Below are positions 1-8,335 of a stretch of DNA of 64,000 nucleotides, piece after piece (position 1 is the stretch's first letter; the number at the start of each line of letters is the position of its first letter). The DNA is from a virus, in the IMG/VR virus record IMGVR_UViG_3300030106_005394, positions 8,705 to 72,704 of that record; one strand, 5' to 3'. Made by a program: the position numbers and the translations under genes. The notes beneath the pieces were generated by a model. The model did not search any database. It was not told the origin of the DNA and worked only from the letters and a program-made list of their open reading frames with translations.

Positions 1-126
1 AGCGTTGTCGTCCATATAACAACAGCGAGCTTGGTTGTGGATGCTATGCTCCATACAGTAATATGTTAGGCAAGGAATGCTGGGGGAGAAAAACCCAAGG
101 CGCTCCATTTGGATGGGGAGAAGAAC

Positions 127-498
127 ATGGAAACTAATCCAATAGATGCTTATCTCAAAGACTACATGCAGCACCTTATATGGGTAGGTCTGTCCCTAGT
201 GGTATGGATGCTTATAAAGGACATGCTGGCCAAGTTAGCCGCAGGTATTACTTTCTATGCAAGCCCCAACTGGAGTGTAGGAGACGAGTGTTTAATCGAC
301 AACAAGCGCGCAATTATCAGCAGCATAGGAATAAGGACCACAGTTTTTCAAATAAGGCAAAATGGTGAAGTTCGGTGGAGATTTGTCCCAAATGACAAGA
401 TTACGGAACTTACACTAGAGAAGGTTGTGGACATGCACAACATTGAGAACCACTTAAAAAGAGATGTGGGATCTGGACACAATAAAAAAACTGAATGA
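127..498 (+). CDS. MscS-like small mechanosensitive channel fragment (TM helices plus beta domain)
   Basis: Hydrophobic N-terminus followed by WSVGDECLID...ISSIGIRTTVF...FVPND, matching the MscS GD-x-I...IG-x-R-x-T...VPN pattern; ATG at 127 follows GGGGAG. Confidence 0.7.
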   Translation: METNPIDAYLKDYMQHLIWVGLSLVVWMLIKDMLAKLAAGITFYASPNWSVGDECLIDNKRAIISSIGIRTTVFQIRQNGEVRWRFVPNDKITELTLEKVVDMHNIENHLKRDVGSGHNKKTE

Positions 499-695
499 CA
501 AGGAAGTCGAGCGCCGCAGGGAAAAGGTGCAAGAGGTGGTATCACCATTCACGCCCAAGCCCTTCACTCTTGATAAGGATGGAAAGAAGAAGGTTAAGGA
601 GGACAAGAAGGATGGAGGGAGTTAGTTCAGTAATTTTAATTGGCTGGGTAGGGGTTATATGCTTTCTAGCAGCCGCATACATTATACATTCATGA
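495..695 (+). CDS. Hypothetical small basic protein with C-terminal TM helix
   Basis: ATGA overlap with the upstream stop; Arg-rich stretch then hydrophobic VILIGWVGVICFLAAAYII. Confidence 0.5.
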   Translation: MTRKSSAAGKRCKRWYHHSRPSPSLLIRMERRRLRRTRRMEGVSSVILIGWVGVICFLAAAYIIHS

Positions 696-992
696 ATGAA
701 GAGGACACCACTCAAGCGCAAGACACCACTGAAGAGAACGGGTCGTCTGAGGCCAATGTCGAAGAAACGTCAGGAGGAGAGCAAGACGTACTCCCAGAGA
801 CGCCAGACCTTCCTACAGAAATACCCCCAATGCCAAGTGTGTCGCCGCCGAAAGGCAACAGATATACACCACGTGGCGGGCCGAGGTAAGAACTATCTTA
901 ACGAAGATACGTGGCTTGCTACATGCAGAGAGTGCCACGAAAGGATTCACAGGAATCCGAAATGGGCTAGAGAGAAGGGTCTACTTCTTTAA
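696..992 (+). CDS. HNH endonuclease
   Basis: CQVC...DIHH...TCRECHERIH zinc/HNH motifs; KRTPLKRKTPLKR N-terminus typical of phage HNH proteins. Confidence 0.85.
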   Translation: MKRTPLKRKTPLKRTGRLRPMSKKRQEESKTYSQRRQTFLQKYPQCQVCRRRKATDIHHVAGRGKNYLNEDTWLATCRECHERIHRNPKWAREKGLLL

Positions 993-1413
993 ACTCGTTT
1001 CTGTGTATATGACCAACAGGTTCCTCGTCTTGGTCATCCCTAGGCTTAGCGTTACCACCTATAAATCTTCCACCCCATCCGAAGTATTCGATGCCTGATG
1101 GGTTATATCTCCACCACCAAAGTCCGTCTGCATTCTTGAGTAAAAGAGTTACTGGTATATTCATGTTGGAGTAAGTCTGCATGTGCATCAGCTTTGCCAT
1201 GCTCATAATCAATGTACTGTACTTATTCCAAGAGAAAGTCCTGCATCTTACCTCTACAAGCCCTAGCATTCTTTTGTCTCTGAACACAGCAAAGTCCATA
1301 CGATACTGTATGGGTATCTTCTTGAAGCTGTAACCATAACGCTTCGCGAATGTCTGCATGACTTGTAATTCCTCATCTAGATTCGCCTTAGTTTCGTATA
1401 GGGGTCTACTCAC
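967..1413 (-). CDS. PD-(D/E)XK-like nuclease-fold protein
   Basis: YRMDFAV...LVEVRCR resembles D...ExK with K replaced by R. Confidence 0.55.
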   Translation of the reverse strand: MSRPLYETKANLDEELQVMQTFAKRYGYSFKKIPIQYRMDFAVFRDKRMLGLVEVRCRTFSWNKYSTLIMSMAKLMHMQTYSNMNIPVTLLLKNADGLWWWRYNPSGIEYFGWGGRFIGGNAKPRDDQDEEPVGHIHRNEFKEVDPSL

Positions 1414-1595
1414 TTACACTCCACCATTCTATATACTGGTACAGCCGTGTACGTCTCGCCCTCATGTGAATACTCTACTACATCCTCCCCAAAGATGTCC
1501 TCTGACATATTTATCACATTGACATCGCTTAATCGCAACCACTCCCCGTGCAGATTAACAAATGCAACAGACTCAAGCTTCTTCACTTCGTGCAT
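1410..1595 (-). CDS. Hypothetical protein
   Basis: In-operon ORF overlapping its neighbours. Confidence 0.55.
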   Translation of the reverse strand: MHEVKKLESVAFVNLHGEWLRLSDVNVINMSEDIFGEDVVEYSHEGETYTAVPVYRMVECK

Positions 1596-1905
1596 TTGGT
1601 CTATTATCTATAAAGGTTCCGTGTTTTGCTGAATCCAGTAGTATGGCACAGCTTGCCGCAATGTGAGCCAAGTGACATTCGCCCGTTTCCTTATCAAGGT
1701 CTTCTCCGTCAATCCAAGCGTCTATGTGTCTTCTCATTGCACCCACATAAGTCATTGCTGATATTCTTGATCCTCTTCGCCAGTTCCAAGCACCATACTT
1801 CTTTGCGCCAGAGGCAAGGGCAAATGCCATTGCCTCATTAAGTGCTGGAGGTATCAAGTGTAAGGGGGGCTTTTTGGATGCAGCGTGCTGCTTAGGGTCG
1901 CTCAC
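1573..1905 (-). CDS. dATP/dGTP diphosphohydrolase-domain protein (DUF5664-like)
   Basis: KPPLHLIPP...GAKKYGAWNWR...AMRRHIDAW.DGEDLD.ETG..HLAH signature. Confidence 0.85.
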   Translation of the reverse strand: MSDPKQHAASKKPPLHLIPPALNEAMAFALASGAKKYGAWNWRRGSRISAMTYVGAMRRHIDAWIDGEDLDKETGECHLAHIAASCAILLDSAKHGTFIDNRPNARSEEA

Positions 1906-2165
1906 TTCTTCTTGGCCTTTCTTGCTGCCTTCTTTAGTCTATTGTCTCTTTTGTCGATGAACTCCTGCCACTTATCCCTTGCAGATAATGCATCCTCTAG
2001 GGTCATGCCAGCATGTTCGGCAGGAAAACTAGGTTCCCCCTTTAGGTGTCTCTCTCCGACTGCACCCCATTTCGCAGACATAATCCTTAAGTCCCAAGTG
2101 CTTGGGTCCTTATAGTTGGGCACAAGAAGGACGTCCGTCAGTTTATAATCACTGGAACTTTGCAT
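1902..2165 (-). CDS. Hypothetical protein
   Basis: In-operon ORF with basic C-terminus. Confidence 0.55.
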   Translation of the reverse strand: MQSSSDYKLTDVLLVPNYKDPSTWDLRIMSAKWGAVGERHLKGEPSFPAEHAGMTLEDALSARDKWQEFIDKRDNRLKKAARKAKKK

Positions 2166-2358
2166 GCAATGTGCTGATTAGCTCAACCTGCATTTGCAAG
2201 GCTGCCTCAGTCATATCTTGCTTCTCAATCCACAGAGCATAGGCATCAATGTGCGATGCTATATTCCTGTAAACGTCTCCTATTGCTTTGAATCCGTCGA
2301 TGACTTGTTCTTTAGTAGCCACTCCAGATGTTGTTTTACTATCCTCAGATGCCGACAT
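2149..2358 (-). CDS. Hypothetical protein
   Basis: In-operon ORF. Confidence 0.5.
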   Translation of the reverse strand: MSASEDSKTTSGVATKEQVIDGFKAIGDVYRNIASHIDAYALWIEKQDMTEAALQMQVELISTLHAKFQ

Positions 2359-2585
2359 TGCTTTTTGGGTTTGATGTTATTATTCAGCTTGGGTCGTATG
2401 TTAAAGCTGAAATACTCACAAGAGCACTCTCCGTAACCATCGTACTCTTCTAAATCTACTAGGTGGACGTTTTCGTTTCGGGTTAAGCTTTTAACTAGGA
2501 ATCGGTATGGTGGATCAAGAACTTCTACTTTCATCCTCTTCATCATCTCGATTCTTTTCGCTTTTGCCAAATTCGAAATCACCAC
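2280..2585 (-). CDS. SWIM-type zinc finger protein (start probably downstream of 2585)
   Basis: ECSCEYF...QCRH matches the CxC...CxH SWIM motif. Confidence 0.65.
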   Translation of the reverse strand: MVISNLAKAKRIEMMKRMKVEVLDPPYRFLVKSLTRNENVHLVDLEEYDGYGECSCEYFSFNIRPKLNNNIKPKKQCRHLRIVKQHLEWLLKNKSSTDSKQ

Positions 2586-2703
2586 GCATTGGCTTACCTC
2601 CCCTTTTGGCCCAAAACTTTTCGTATCCCTCGTCTATCATTTTAGCGGTCTCTGACCACCATGACTCAGGGAGAGAATATAAATCTATCTCATCCCTGTT
2701 CAT
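2515..2703 (-). CDS. Hypothetical protein
   Basis: In-operon ORF. Confidence 0.5.
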   Translation of the reverse strand: MNRDEIDLYSLPESWWSETAKMIDEGYEKFWAKRGGKPMRGDFEFGKSEKNRDDEEDESRSS

Positions 2704-2717
2704 GGCAGCCCTAAATG

Positions 2718-3041
2718 CTATTCTTCCTTTTTCCCGCCTAAGAACCGAAACTCTCTTGCGCGAAACTTGGTTATAGTCCTGTTGTTTCCCTCCTTGTCCT
2801 GATAGGTCTGTTGATCGACGTTTCCCTCAATAAACACAGGCTCACCTTTGGAGGCCATGCAGATGATGTCTGCCAGCTTTCCCCACGCCTCACAGCGAAG
2901 GAACTGAACCTCATCTTCTCTTTCGTTCACCGCAATAGTGAACTCCACTTTTGTGATTTCTCCATTTTCAGAGTTAATCGCTCGCTTTTCTGGGTCAGCC
3001 GTAAGGTTGCCCATGATTACTACTTTAGCGTATCCTTTCAT
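2718..3041 (-). CDS. ssb: Single-stranded DNA-binding protein (no acidic tail)
   Basis: KVVIMGNLTADPE...FTIAVN...CEAWGKLA...KGEPVFIEG...YQDKEG OB-fold pattern. Confidence 0.92.
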   Translation of the reverse strand: MKGYAKVVIMGNLTADPEKRAINSENGEITKVEFTIAVNEREDEVQFLRCEAWGKLADIICMASKGEPVFIEGNVDQQTYQDKEGNNRTITKFRAREFRFLGGKKEE

Positions 3042-4384
3042 AGTCCGAATCTAGTTTGGGTTGTTGTTTTTGGGATGTCTTGTTCTTCTGAACCATCATC
3101 ATATGGTACGAATCTTTGGACTTCCCTTTGAAAGTTTAAGTCTGCAAATCCTTGTTGTCCGTTTCTGTTTTTAGCAACAGAGCACCTGACCAAGTTTGGG
3201 CTGCTTTGCTCCTCTGGTCTCCAGAGCATAAGGCAAACATCGCAATCTTGTTCAAGCTGTCCACTTTCTCTTAGGTCTGATAATTTAGGTCCTCTCTGAG
3301 CAATCTCGCTCTGTCGATTTAACTGACATAGCAAAAGGATTGGAATGTCAAGCTCCTTGCATAAGTTTTTAATAGAATTGGACATTTCTGCTACTTGTTG
3401 CTCTCTAGGGATGCGAGGATCTCTTGGTCTCACTAGCTGGAGGTAGTCAATTATTAGGAACCCAAGCCCACTACTCTTCAGTCGCCGTGCTCGCGCTCTA
3501 ATCTGAGCAACTGAGGGAGAAGGTGTTTCATCAATCCAGAAGGTAGAGTTCTCTAAATCTTTCTCAGCTTGATCTACTGCTTTCTCTTGGTTTTCAGTAA
3601 GCAAACCATCAACCATAATATCTGCTTTCACGTTCGCCAAGGAACAGACCATTCTCTGCATTAGCGAATCTGCCGACATCTCAATGGATTGATACAGCGT
3701 AGGGATATTATCCTTTAGTACCGCTTGCAGGAAGCAATGAAGTGAGAATGCAGTCTTTCCTACGCTTGGCCTTGCAGCCAGTAGAGTCAGCTCATTCCTC
3801 TTAAATCCTTTTAGCCTCACATCCAAGTCACGTATTCCAGAAGGGATGCCGCTTTTCCCTTGCGCTTCCTTCAGCCTAGCAATGGATGACTTTGCTATCT
3901 TAACAGCCTCAGAGCTATCGTGGAAGTATTCATTCCTGCATCTCTCCTTGGAGATTTGCATTACCTCGTTATCTACTGTATCCAAGATTGTTTCTATCTG
4001 GATTCGTTGCTGTGATATGGAATCCAGAGTCTGATTACATAAAGCTCTCAGCTTTCTTGATGCAGAGTCATTCTCTATGATCTCGGCCCACATATCGAAG
4101 TGTAAGCTCGTCTCAACTGATCCACTTATTGAATTTAGTGTGGCAAAGTCTATTTCATCTGCCCAACCAAGTTCCTTGATTCTCTCAAGTAGACTTAATT
4201 CATCAATCTCAGGGGAGGTATCCCAGAGGGATAATAGAGCCTTGAAGATCATTTGGTACTTTAGGTCATGGAAGGATGTGTGATCTATCCTCCTGTCTAG
4301 TGCCCTGCCTATGCAGTCTGGGTCAATTATGCAACAGGCGAGTACGCCTCTTTCTGCGTTTTGGTTGTATGTTGGTTCTGTCAT
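3038..4384 (-). CDS. dnaB: Replicative DNA helicase
   Basis: AERGVLA N-terminus, Walker A AARPSVGKT, SIEMS, IIDYLQL, QLNR, LSDLRESGQLEQDCD, AKNRNG. Confidence 0.96.
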   Translation of the reverse strand: MTEPTYNQNAERGVLACCIIDPDCIGRALDRRIDHTSFHDLKYQMIFKALLSLWDTSPEIDELSLLERIKELGWADEIDFATLNSISGSVETSLHFDMWAEIIENDSASRKLRALCNQTLDSISQQRIQIETILDTVDNEVMQISKERCRNEYFHDSSEAVKIAKSSIARLKEAQGKSGIPSGIRDLDVRLKGFKRNELTLLAARPSVGKTAFSLHCFLQAVLKDNIPTLYQSIEMSADSLMQRMVCSLANVKADIMVDGLLTENQEKAVDQAEKDLENSTFWIDETPSPSVAQIRARARRLKSSGLGFLIIDYLQLVRPRDPRIPREQQVAEMSNSIKNLCKELDIPILLLCQLNRQSEIAQRGPKLSDLRESGQLEQDCDVCLMLWRPEEQSSPNLVRCSVAKNRNGQQGFADLNFQREVQRFVPYDDGSEEQDIPKTTTQTRFGL

Positions 4385-5064
4385 GATAGTCCTTTCTCTT
4401 CTAGGTATTCGATTCTGTAAACGTCTAGGTTTGTAGCTTTCTCAAGCCACCCCTTTTCTTTCATCCACTTAATGAAGTCTTTCTCTGGGAATTCAACGGA
4501 AGGCGCAGGTATTCCCTTTCCCTGCAACCAAGTTCTGCAAGCATTTCTCCAAGTTGCATTCCAGTCGGCATAAGCCTTACCGCTTCCAATTGCCCAATTC
4601 TTGAAGAACTCAATTGCTCCTTCTGGGTCAAGGTTATTTTCGGAAGCATACTTAGGGTCACTGGGCTTCCAGTTTTCCTTCATTTTTGATCTTCTGCCTT
4701 TGATGGTTCCTTTTGATGGTTCTTTATAAAGAGAGGGGGTGTCCTGTGGGACACTACCCCCCCTGTCCTGTGGGACACCCCTGTCCTGTGGGACACCCCC
4801 CTCGCCCAATGGAGAAACTTGGTAGACGGAAGTCTCTAATCCGCCTCCAACAGATAGCCTCTCTAGAAGTCCCTTTGATTCCAGCTTCTCAATTAGCTTA
4901 GTCACTGATCTCCTCTGGACACGAACCTTTTGAGATAGGGTCTTAATTGAGGGCCAGCAAACTCCCTCGTCATTGGCATGGTCGCAGAGCGCCAGAAGCA
5001 GAAGTAGTTCTGATCCAGCCACATCCTCGTTACTCCAAGCCTGAGTCATTAGTCTTATGCTCAC
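4381..5064 (-). CDS. Phage replication initiator with N-terminal winged HTH
   Basis: LLLLALCDHANDEGVCWPSIKTLSQK HTH; internal direct repeats; lies directly upstream of dnaB. Confidence 0.85.
   Translation of the reverse strand: MSIRLMTQAWSNEDVAGSELLLLLALCDHANDEGVCWPSIKTLSQKVRVQRRSVTKLIEKLESKGLLERLSVGGGLETSVYQVSPLGEGGVPQDRGVPQDRGGSVPQDTPSLYKEPSKGTIKGRRSKMKENWKPSDPKYASENNLDPEGAIEFFKNWAIGSGKAYADWNATWRNACRTWLQGKGIPAPSVEFPEKDFIKWMKEKGWLEKATNLDVYRIEYLEEKGLS
4699..4803. repeat. Putative replication origin: three palindromic iterons plus an adjacent AT-richer direct repeat
   Basis: TGTCCTGTGGGACAC at 4740, 4764 and 4782 (TGTCC-N4-GGACA dyads); TTTGATGGTTC twice within 4699-4722; inside the initiator gene, as in lambda O. 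Confidence 0.8.
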
Positions 5065-5512
5065 CTTTCTGTATCCTTTCTTTTACTTTTTTTACAATTT
5101 CATCCCAGTCATCATCTAGGGTTATATGAACTCCAGTTCTGTCGCCCCAGCCCTTCATCAAGGTCATCTTCCAAATGATCTGGTCAGATACTAACCATCC
5201 GCAAGTAACCATTGAGTCAACAAAAATCTTACTCAAGTTATCTAGGTCAGGTTTTGTATACATTGGTAGCCACCCAAGGGTCTTGTTTTTTTGTGGCTCT
5301 GATTTCCTCCAAGGCCAAGTAAATGCAACCTTCAGAGTACACGGCTTAGAGAATGGTTCCTCTGGCGCATTAGGGGCAAGCAGGGATACCCAAGTATCCC
5401 TGCAAGCCACTCCACGCTTATCCTTAAACATCTTACCATCTTTGGTAAAGCGCAAGGAGCTTTGTGCTGTAGTCTTTGGAGCTACGCACGATATGAAAAC
5501 GTCATGCTGCAT
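5030..5512 (-). CDS. rusA: RusA-family Holliday junction resolvase
   Basis: TKPDLDNLSKIFVDSM...W..SDQII motif. Confidence 0.88.
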   Translation of the reverse strand: MQHDVFISCVAPKTTAQSSLRFTKDGKMFKDKRGVACRDTWVSLLAPNAPEEPFSKPCTLKVAFTWPWRKSEPQKNKTLGWLPMYTKPDLDNLSKIFVDSMVTCGWLVSDQIIWKMTLMKGWGDRTGVHITLDDDWDEIVKKVKERIQKGEHKTNDSGLE

Positions 5513-6266
5513 CGGCTAAAACCATTTTGTCCATTACTTTGGTTAGTAGATGCGTCCTGTCCTGCATTGTCGGGTATGACCATTTTTTGGCTACTTCCGT
5601 GAATGCATTGTACAGGCTCCAACAATCTCTATTTTTGAACGCATCATGCGTTGGATTATAGAAGGTGTTGACCCAAGGCTTCAGCATTGATGGAGGGATT
5701 GCTCCAGCACGCATAGCAACCATTATGATGTCGTGCGCTGTCAATCTATCCAAGGAGTGAGCCTTGTAGGCCTCAACTCGCTTTTCATTTTCCTCGAACT
5801 GCTTATTGAGTTCAGTTATTGCACCACTTAACATCTTAGGCAAGTCCTTGAAGATATTCTTGGTGTGCCTTCGGCCCACTACGATGTTAGCAGAGAAGCT
5901 CAGGTTGTCGCACACGAATACACGATTACCACATCCCATATTCGCCCTAAACTGCATAGTGCTGGAGTTCCTTAAGCCTACAAGCTTAGCCATATCCTCA
6001 TGGTTATTGCAGTTACGCAATTCCATAAGGCCAAACATATTATCCTGAGTAAGCTTACCATCTTTCTTTGAAAGAAAGCGTTGTAGGCTAAACTCCTCAT
6101 GGACAATTTTGTATCCAGCATTCTCTAGAGCATTCTGCACTTCGTTTAAGAAGTAGTCATGCCGAATGGGATAGTGAGTTTCCGTCATAGGTACTGGGTT
6201 TGTTAGTTTACCGAGTTCCTCTCTTGTGATATGGCGACCGCCACAATGGTTCATGAAACCTTTCAT
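5502..6266 (-). CDS. DUF932-like protein
   Basis: THYPIRH, GLRNS, RVFVCDNLSF, RHTKN, WSLYNAFTE motifs. Confidence 0.75.
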   Translation of the reverse strand: MKGFMNHCGGRHITREELGKLTNPVPMTETHYPIRHDYFLNEVQNALENAGYKIVHEEFSLQRFLSKKDGKLTQDNMFGLMELRNCNNHEDMAKLVGLRNSSTMQFRANMGCGNRVFVCDNLSFSANIVVGRRHTKNIFKDLPKMLSGAITELNKQFEENEKRVEAYKAHSLDRLTAHDIIMVAMRAGAIPPSMLKPWVNTFYNPTHDAFKNRDCWSLYNAFTEVAKKWSYPTMQDRTHLLTKVMDKMVLADAA

Positions 6267-7399
6267 GATTCGTCTTCCTTCTTTTTAGTATTCTTGATTA
6301 TACGGGCGGTAGATTCCTTAACCTGAACGGCACTAGCCGATTTCATTATATCCCGTAGTTCTTTTTTAGCTTTAGCTGTAGACTGGCCTGTTTTTTCAGC
6401 CCATATCTTAATTAGGTTCCTTTCTTGTAGTTTTACCAGCTTGTCCATCTCTTCGATGTCAAAGCCTCTTTCTCTGAGGATAGGCAGAGCCTTCTCCGTG
6501 TCGTAGGTGGCAATTTTCATGCCCCTACCCAGTTTGTAGCCCTCTACGGACTCAGGGTCGCTTTTAAGCTTATCCCTTACAGTTGACTTCACGCTCGCTG
6601 CGAACTTTTCGTACATTCCAGCCAGCGCATATGCCTTGCCCAGTTCTTCAGGGTCTTTGGATATCTCCTCAATGGTCTTACCCATTATTTCTTCTAGTAG
6701 TTGTCGAGCCTCTGGGCAGAATGGTAAGGCTCTGCAGTATTTGCATTGCTTCGCTCCAGCCACCCTAGGGGCATCGGGGTTTTTGATTGCCTTGGACAGC
6801 TTATACAATTTACCCGCCCAAGCTTTGACTGTAGCCCTATCGAGCATTGACACCGTATACATCGGATCAAGCAAAGGAGTTACTAGGGCCACAAAGCACT
6901 CCTGTATATTTTTATTCTCCTGCATTACGAGAGCCGCCAGCGTAAACAGCTGAGGGTTTACGTGAGCAGGAGAGTGCTCTCCGTACAGCATCTTGTAATC
7001 TACAATAAGCGCACGTTTATATTGAGGTATTATTTCAACATAGTCAGGTTTACCGCTAAGGAATGGAACGTCATTACTGTCACGTAACCACATCCGTTGT
7101 TCCTTAATCTGATAACCTTCACCCTTTATTGTGCGTTGACGTAGCTCATGTACTGCCAACTTTGAATTTGTGATGGCCCTAGCACGCTCAGGATCATCAA
7201 TCTCGTCAATGGGCATATCCATTTCAGCAAGTGCATGGCGAATTGTGCCTTCACTAGATTCAGAATACTGAATATCTGGCAGTCCCTTCTCCGCAAGAAA
7301 CTTACCCTTGCAGAGGAATAGGGACTCTACTCCCGACGCAGAGGGCATACCTCCACGCTCGTCAGCTAGATCATCAGAATGGGAGCTCATCTCCGTCAT
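6263..7399 (-). CDS. DUF2800/Cas4-like PD-(D/E)XK exonuclease
   Basis: GTIRH, EQRM, SGKPD, IVDYK, NPQL and CKYC...CP motifs; adjacent to ERF. Confidence 0.8.
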   Translation of the reverse strand: MTEMSSHSDDLADERGGMPSASGVESLFLCKGKFLAEKGLPDIQYSESSEGTIRHALAEMDMPIDEIDDPERARAITNSKLAVHELRQRTIKGEGYQIKEQRMWLRDSNDVPFLSGKPDYVEIIPQYKRALIVDYKMLYGEHSPAHVNPQLFTLAALVMQENKNIQECFVALVTPLLDPMYTVSMLDRATVKAWAGKLYKLSKAIKNPDAPRVAGAKQCKYCRALPFCPEARQLLEEIMGKTIEEISKDPEELGKAYALAGMYEKFAASVKSTVRDKLKSDPESVEGYKLGRGMKIATYDTEKALPILRERGFDIEEMDKLVKLQERNLIKIWAEKTGQSTAKAKKELRDIMKSASAVQVKESTARIIKNTKKKEDES

Positions 7400-8096
7400 C
7401 TCCTTCTAGATCAAATGGAAGCTCATCTACCTTCTTTGGTGTTTTAGCTTCCTCTATTTGCTTCTTACCTTCACTTGACGCCGCATCAAGTGCCGCACGG
7501 AATTGTGGGTTCTTGTTGTCAATGTTATCAATATACCATTGGAGTGACTGTTCTGGCAGGGAACTCAGGGGCTTACCCTTGTTTTTGCCAAACGGAACCA
7601 CGAAGTCGCCCCAGTCGCCAGTTTTATTTAACTCAACAGCTTTTGGTTTTTCAAACCTAGTCTCTTGTTTTTTGGGCTTAGGTTTGCTTGCTGGCTTTTC
7701 GTCTTTTCCGTGAGTATTGACCGCATCAGCATCCTTGCTGTCATCTATTGCGAATAGGCCATTTAAGGCATACTTGCGAGCGTAGGAGCTTGCTGCTCCC
7801 GTACACTGACTAGGTGACATTCCCTTGAGACTGCCTTCTTGCGCCCAGCCTACGCTTGAAACGCTCTCGCCGTTTGCGTGTAAGCTGGCTATGGCCTTAA
7901 CGTAGGTGTTTCCGTTTATATCATAAACCTCATCACTTAATGTGACTGCAGCTTTATGCGTTTCCAGTAGGGGCTTGAGTGCCTCAAGTATGTCCTCACA
8001 GCTCCTGTAGTTGTACCCGCCAAACTTATTTGTCTGTCCTTTGGGCGCGTTTAGCTGGCTCTGTATAAAGCCAAGCGTTTCTAGTGCTTCATTCAT
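7374..8096 (-). CDS. ERF-family ssDNA annealing protein with DUF3820-like module and acidic DELPF tail
   Basis: APKGQTNKFGGYNYRSCEDILEALKP...Q.TGAASSYARKYALNGLFAIDD; C-terminal VPFGKNKGKPLSSLP. Confidence 0.9.
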   Translation of the reverse strand: MNEALETLGFIQSQLNAPKGQTNKFGGYNYRSCEDILEALKPLLETHKAAVTLSDEVYDINGNTYVKAIASLHANGESVSSVGWAQEGSLKGMSPSQCTGAASSYARKYALNGLFAIDDSKDADAVNTHGKDEKPASKPKPKKQETRFEKPKAVELNKTGDWGDFVVPFGKNKGKPLSSLPEQSLQWYIDNIDNKNPQFRAALDAASSEGKKQIEEAKTPKKVDELPFDLEGDDGDELPF

Positions 8097-8198
8097 TTTT
8101 ACCTTCCTTTTGAGATTATCGGCTAAATCGGTTCGCCGAATAAACTGCAGTTTTGTGAATTAATCCTCGACTGCAAGTTTTTTCTGAAAAAAAATTAA

Positions 8199-8228
8199 TT
8201 GACAGGATATGTGCGTATACCTGACACT
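8199..8228 (+). promoter_or_regulatory. Sigma70-like promoter with upstream A-tract
   Basis: TTGACA at 8199, 18-nt spacer, weak -10 GACACT; A/T tract upstream. Confidence 0.5.
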
Positions 8229-8234
8229 CCACGC

Positions 8235-8293
8235 ACATCTTCCACGTGCCCCTCGGTAGGTTCTTATCCTTTCTTCCTGCCGAGGGGTTTTTT
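8235..8293 (+). ncRNA. Candidate ~60-nt small RNA or leader ending in an intrinsic terminator with an anti-Shine-Dalgarno loop
   Basis: Lies between the promoter at 8199 and the hairpin at 8249-8287 plus T6; loop TTCTTATCCTTTCTT. Confidence 0.45.
8249..8293 (+). terminator. Rho-independent terminator
   Basis: CCCCTCGGTAGG / CCTGCCGAGGGG 12-bp stem (one G-U pair), 15-nt loop, TTTTTT. Confidence 0.8.
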
Positions 8294-8335
8294 ATAGTTG
8301 ACTGACTAGTGTCTTTTGGTTTTGGGTTTTAATCT

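Noticed and set aside
659-889. Acidic/Pro-rich ORF overlapping the HNH gene
   Set aside because: Alternative frame of the basic HNH N-terminus; the HNH frame has clear motifs
4740-4796. Short direct repeats as a mini-CRISPR array
   Set aside because: Spacers are only 3-9 nt and lie in frame within a coding gene; better explained as iterons
6263-7399. Cas4-like nuclease as evidence of CRISPR-Cas
   Set aside because: No array or other cas genes; it sits beside ERF as a standard phage recombination exonuclease
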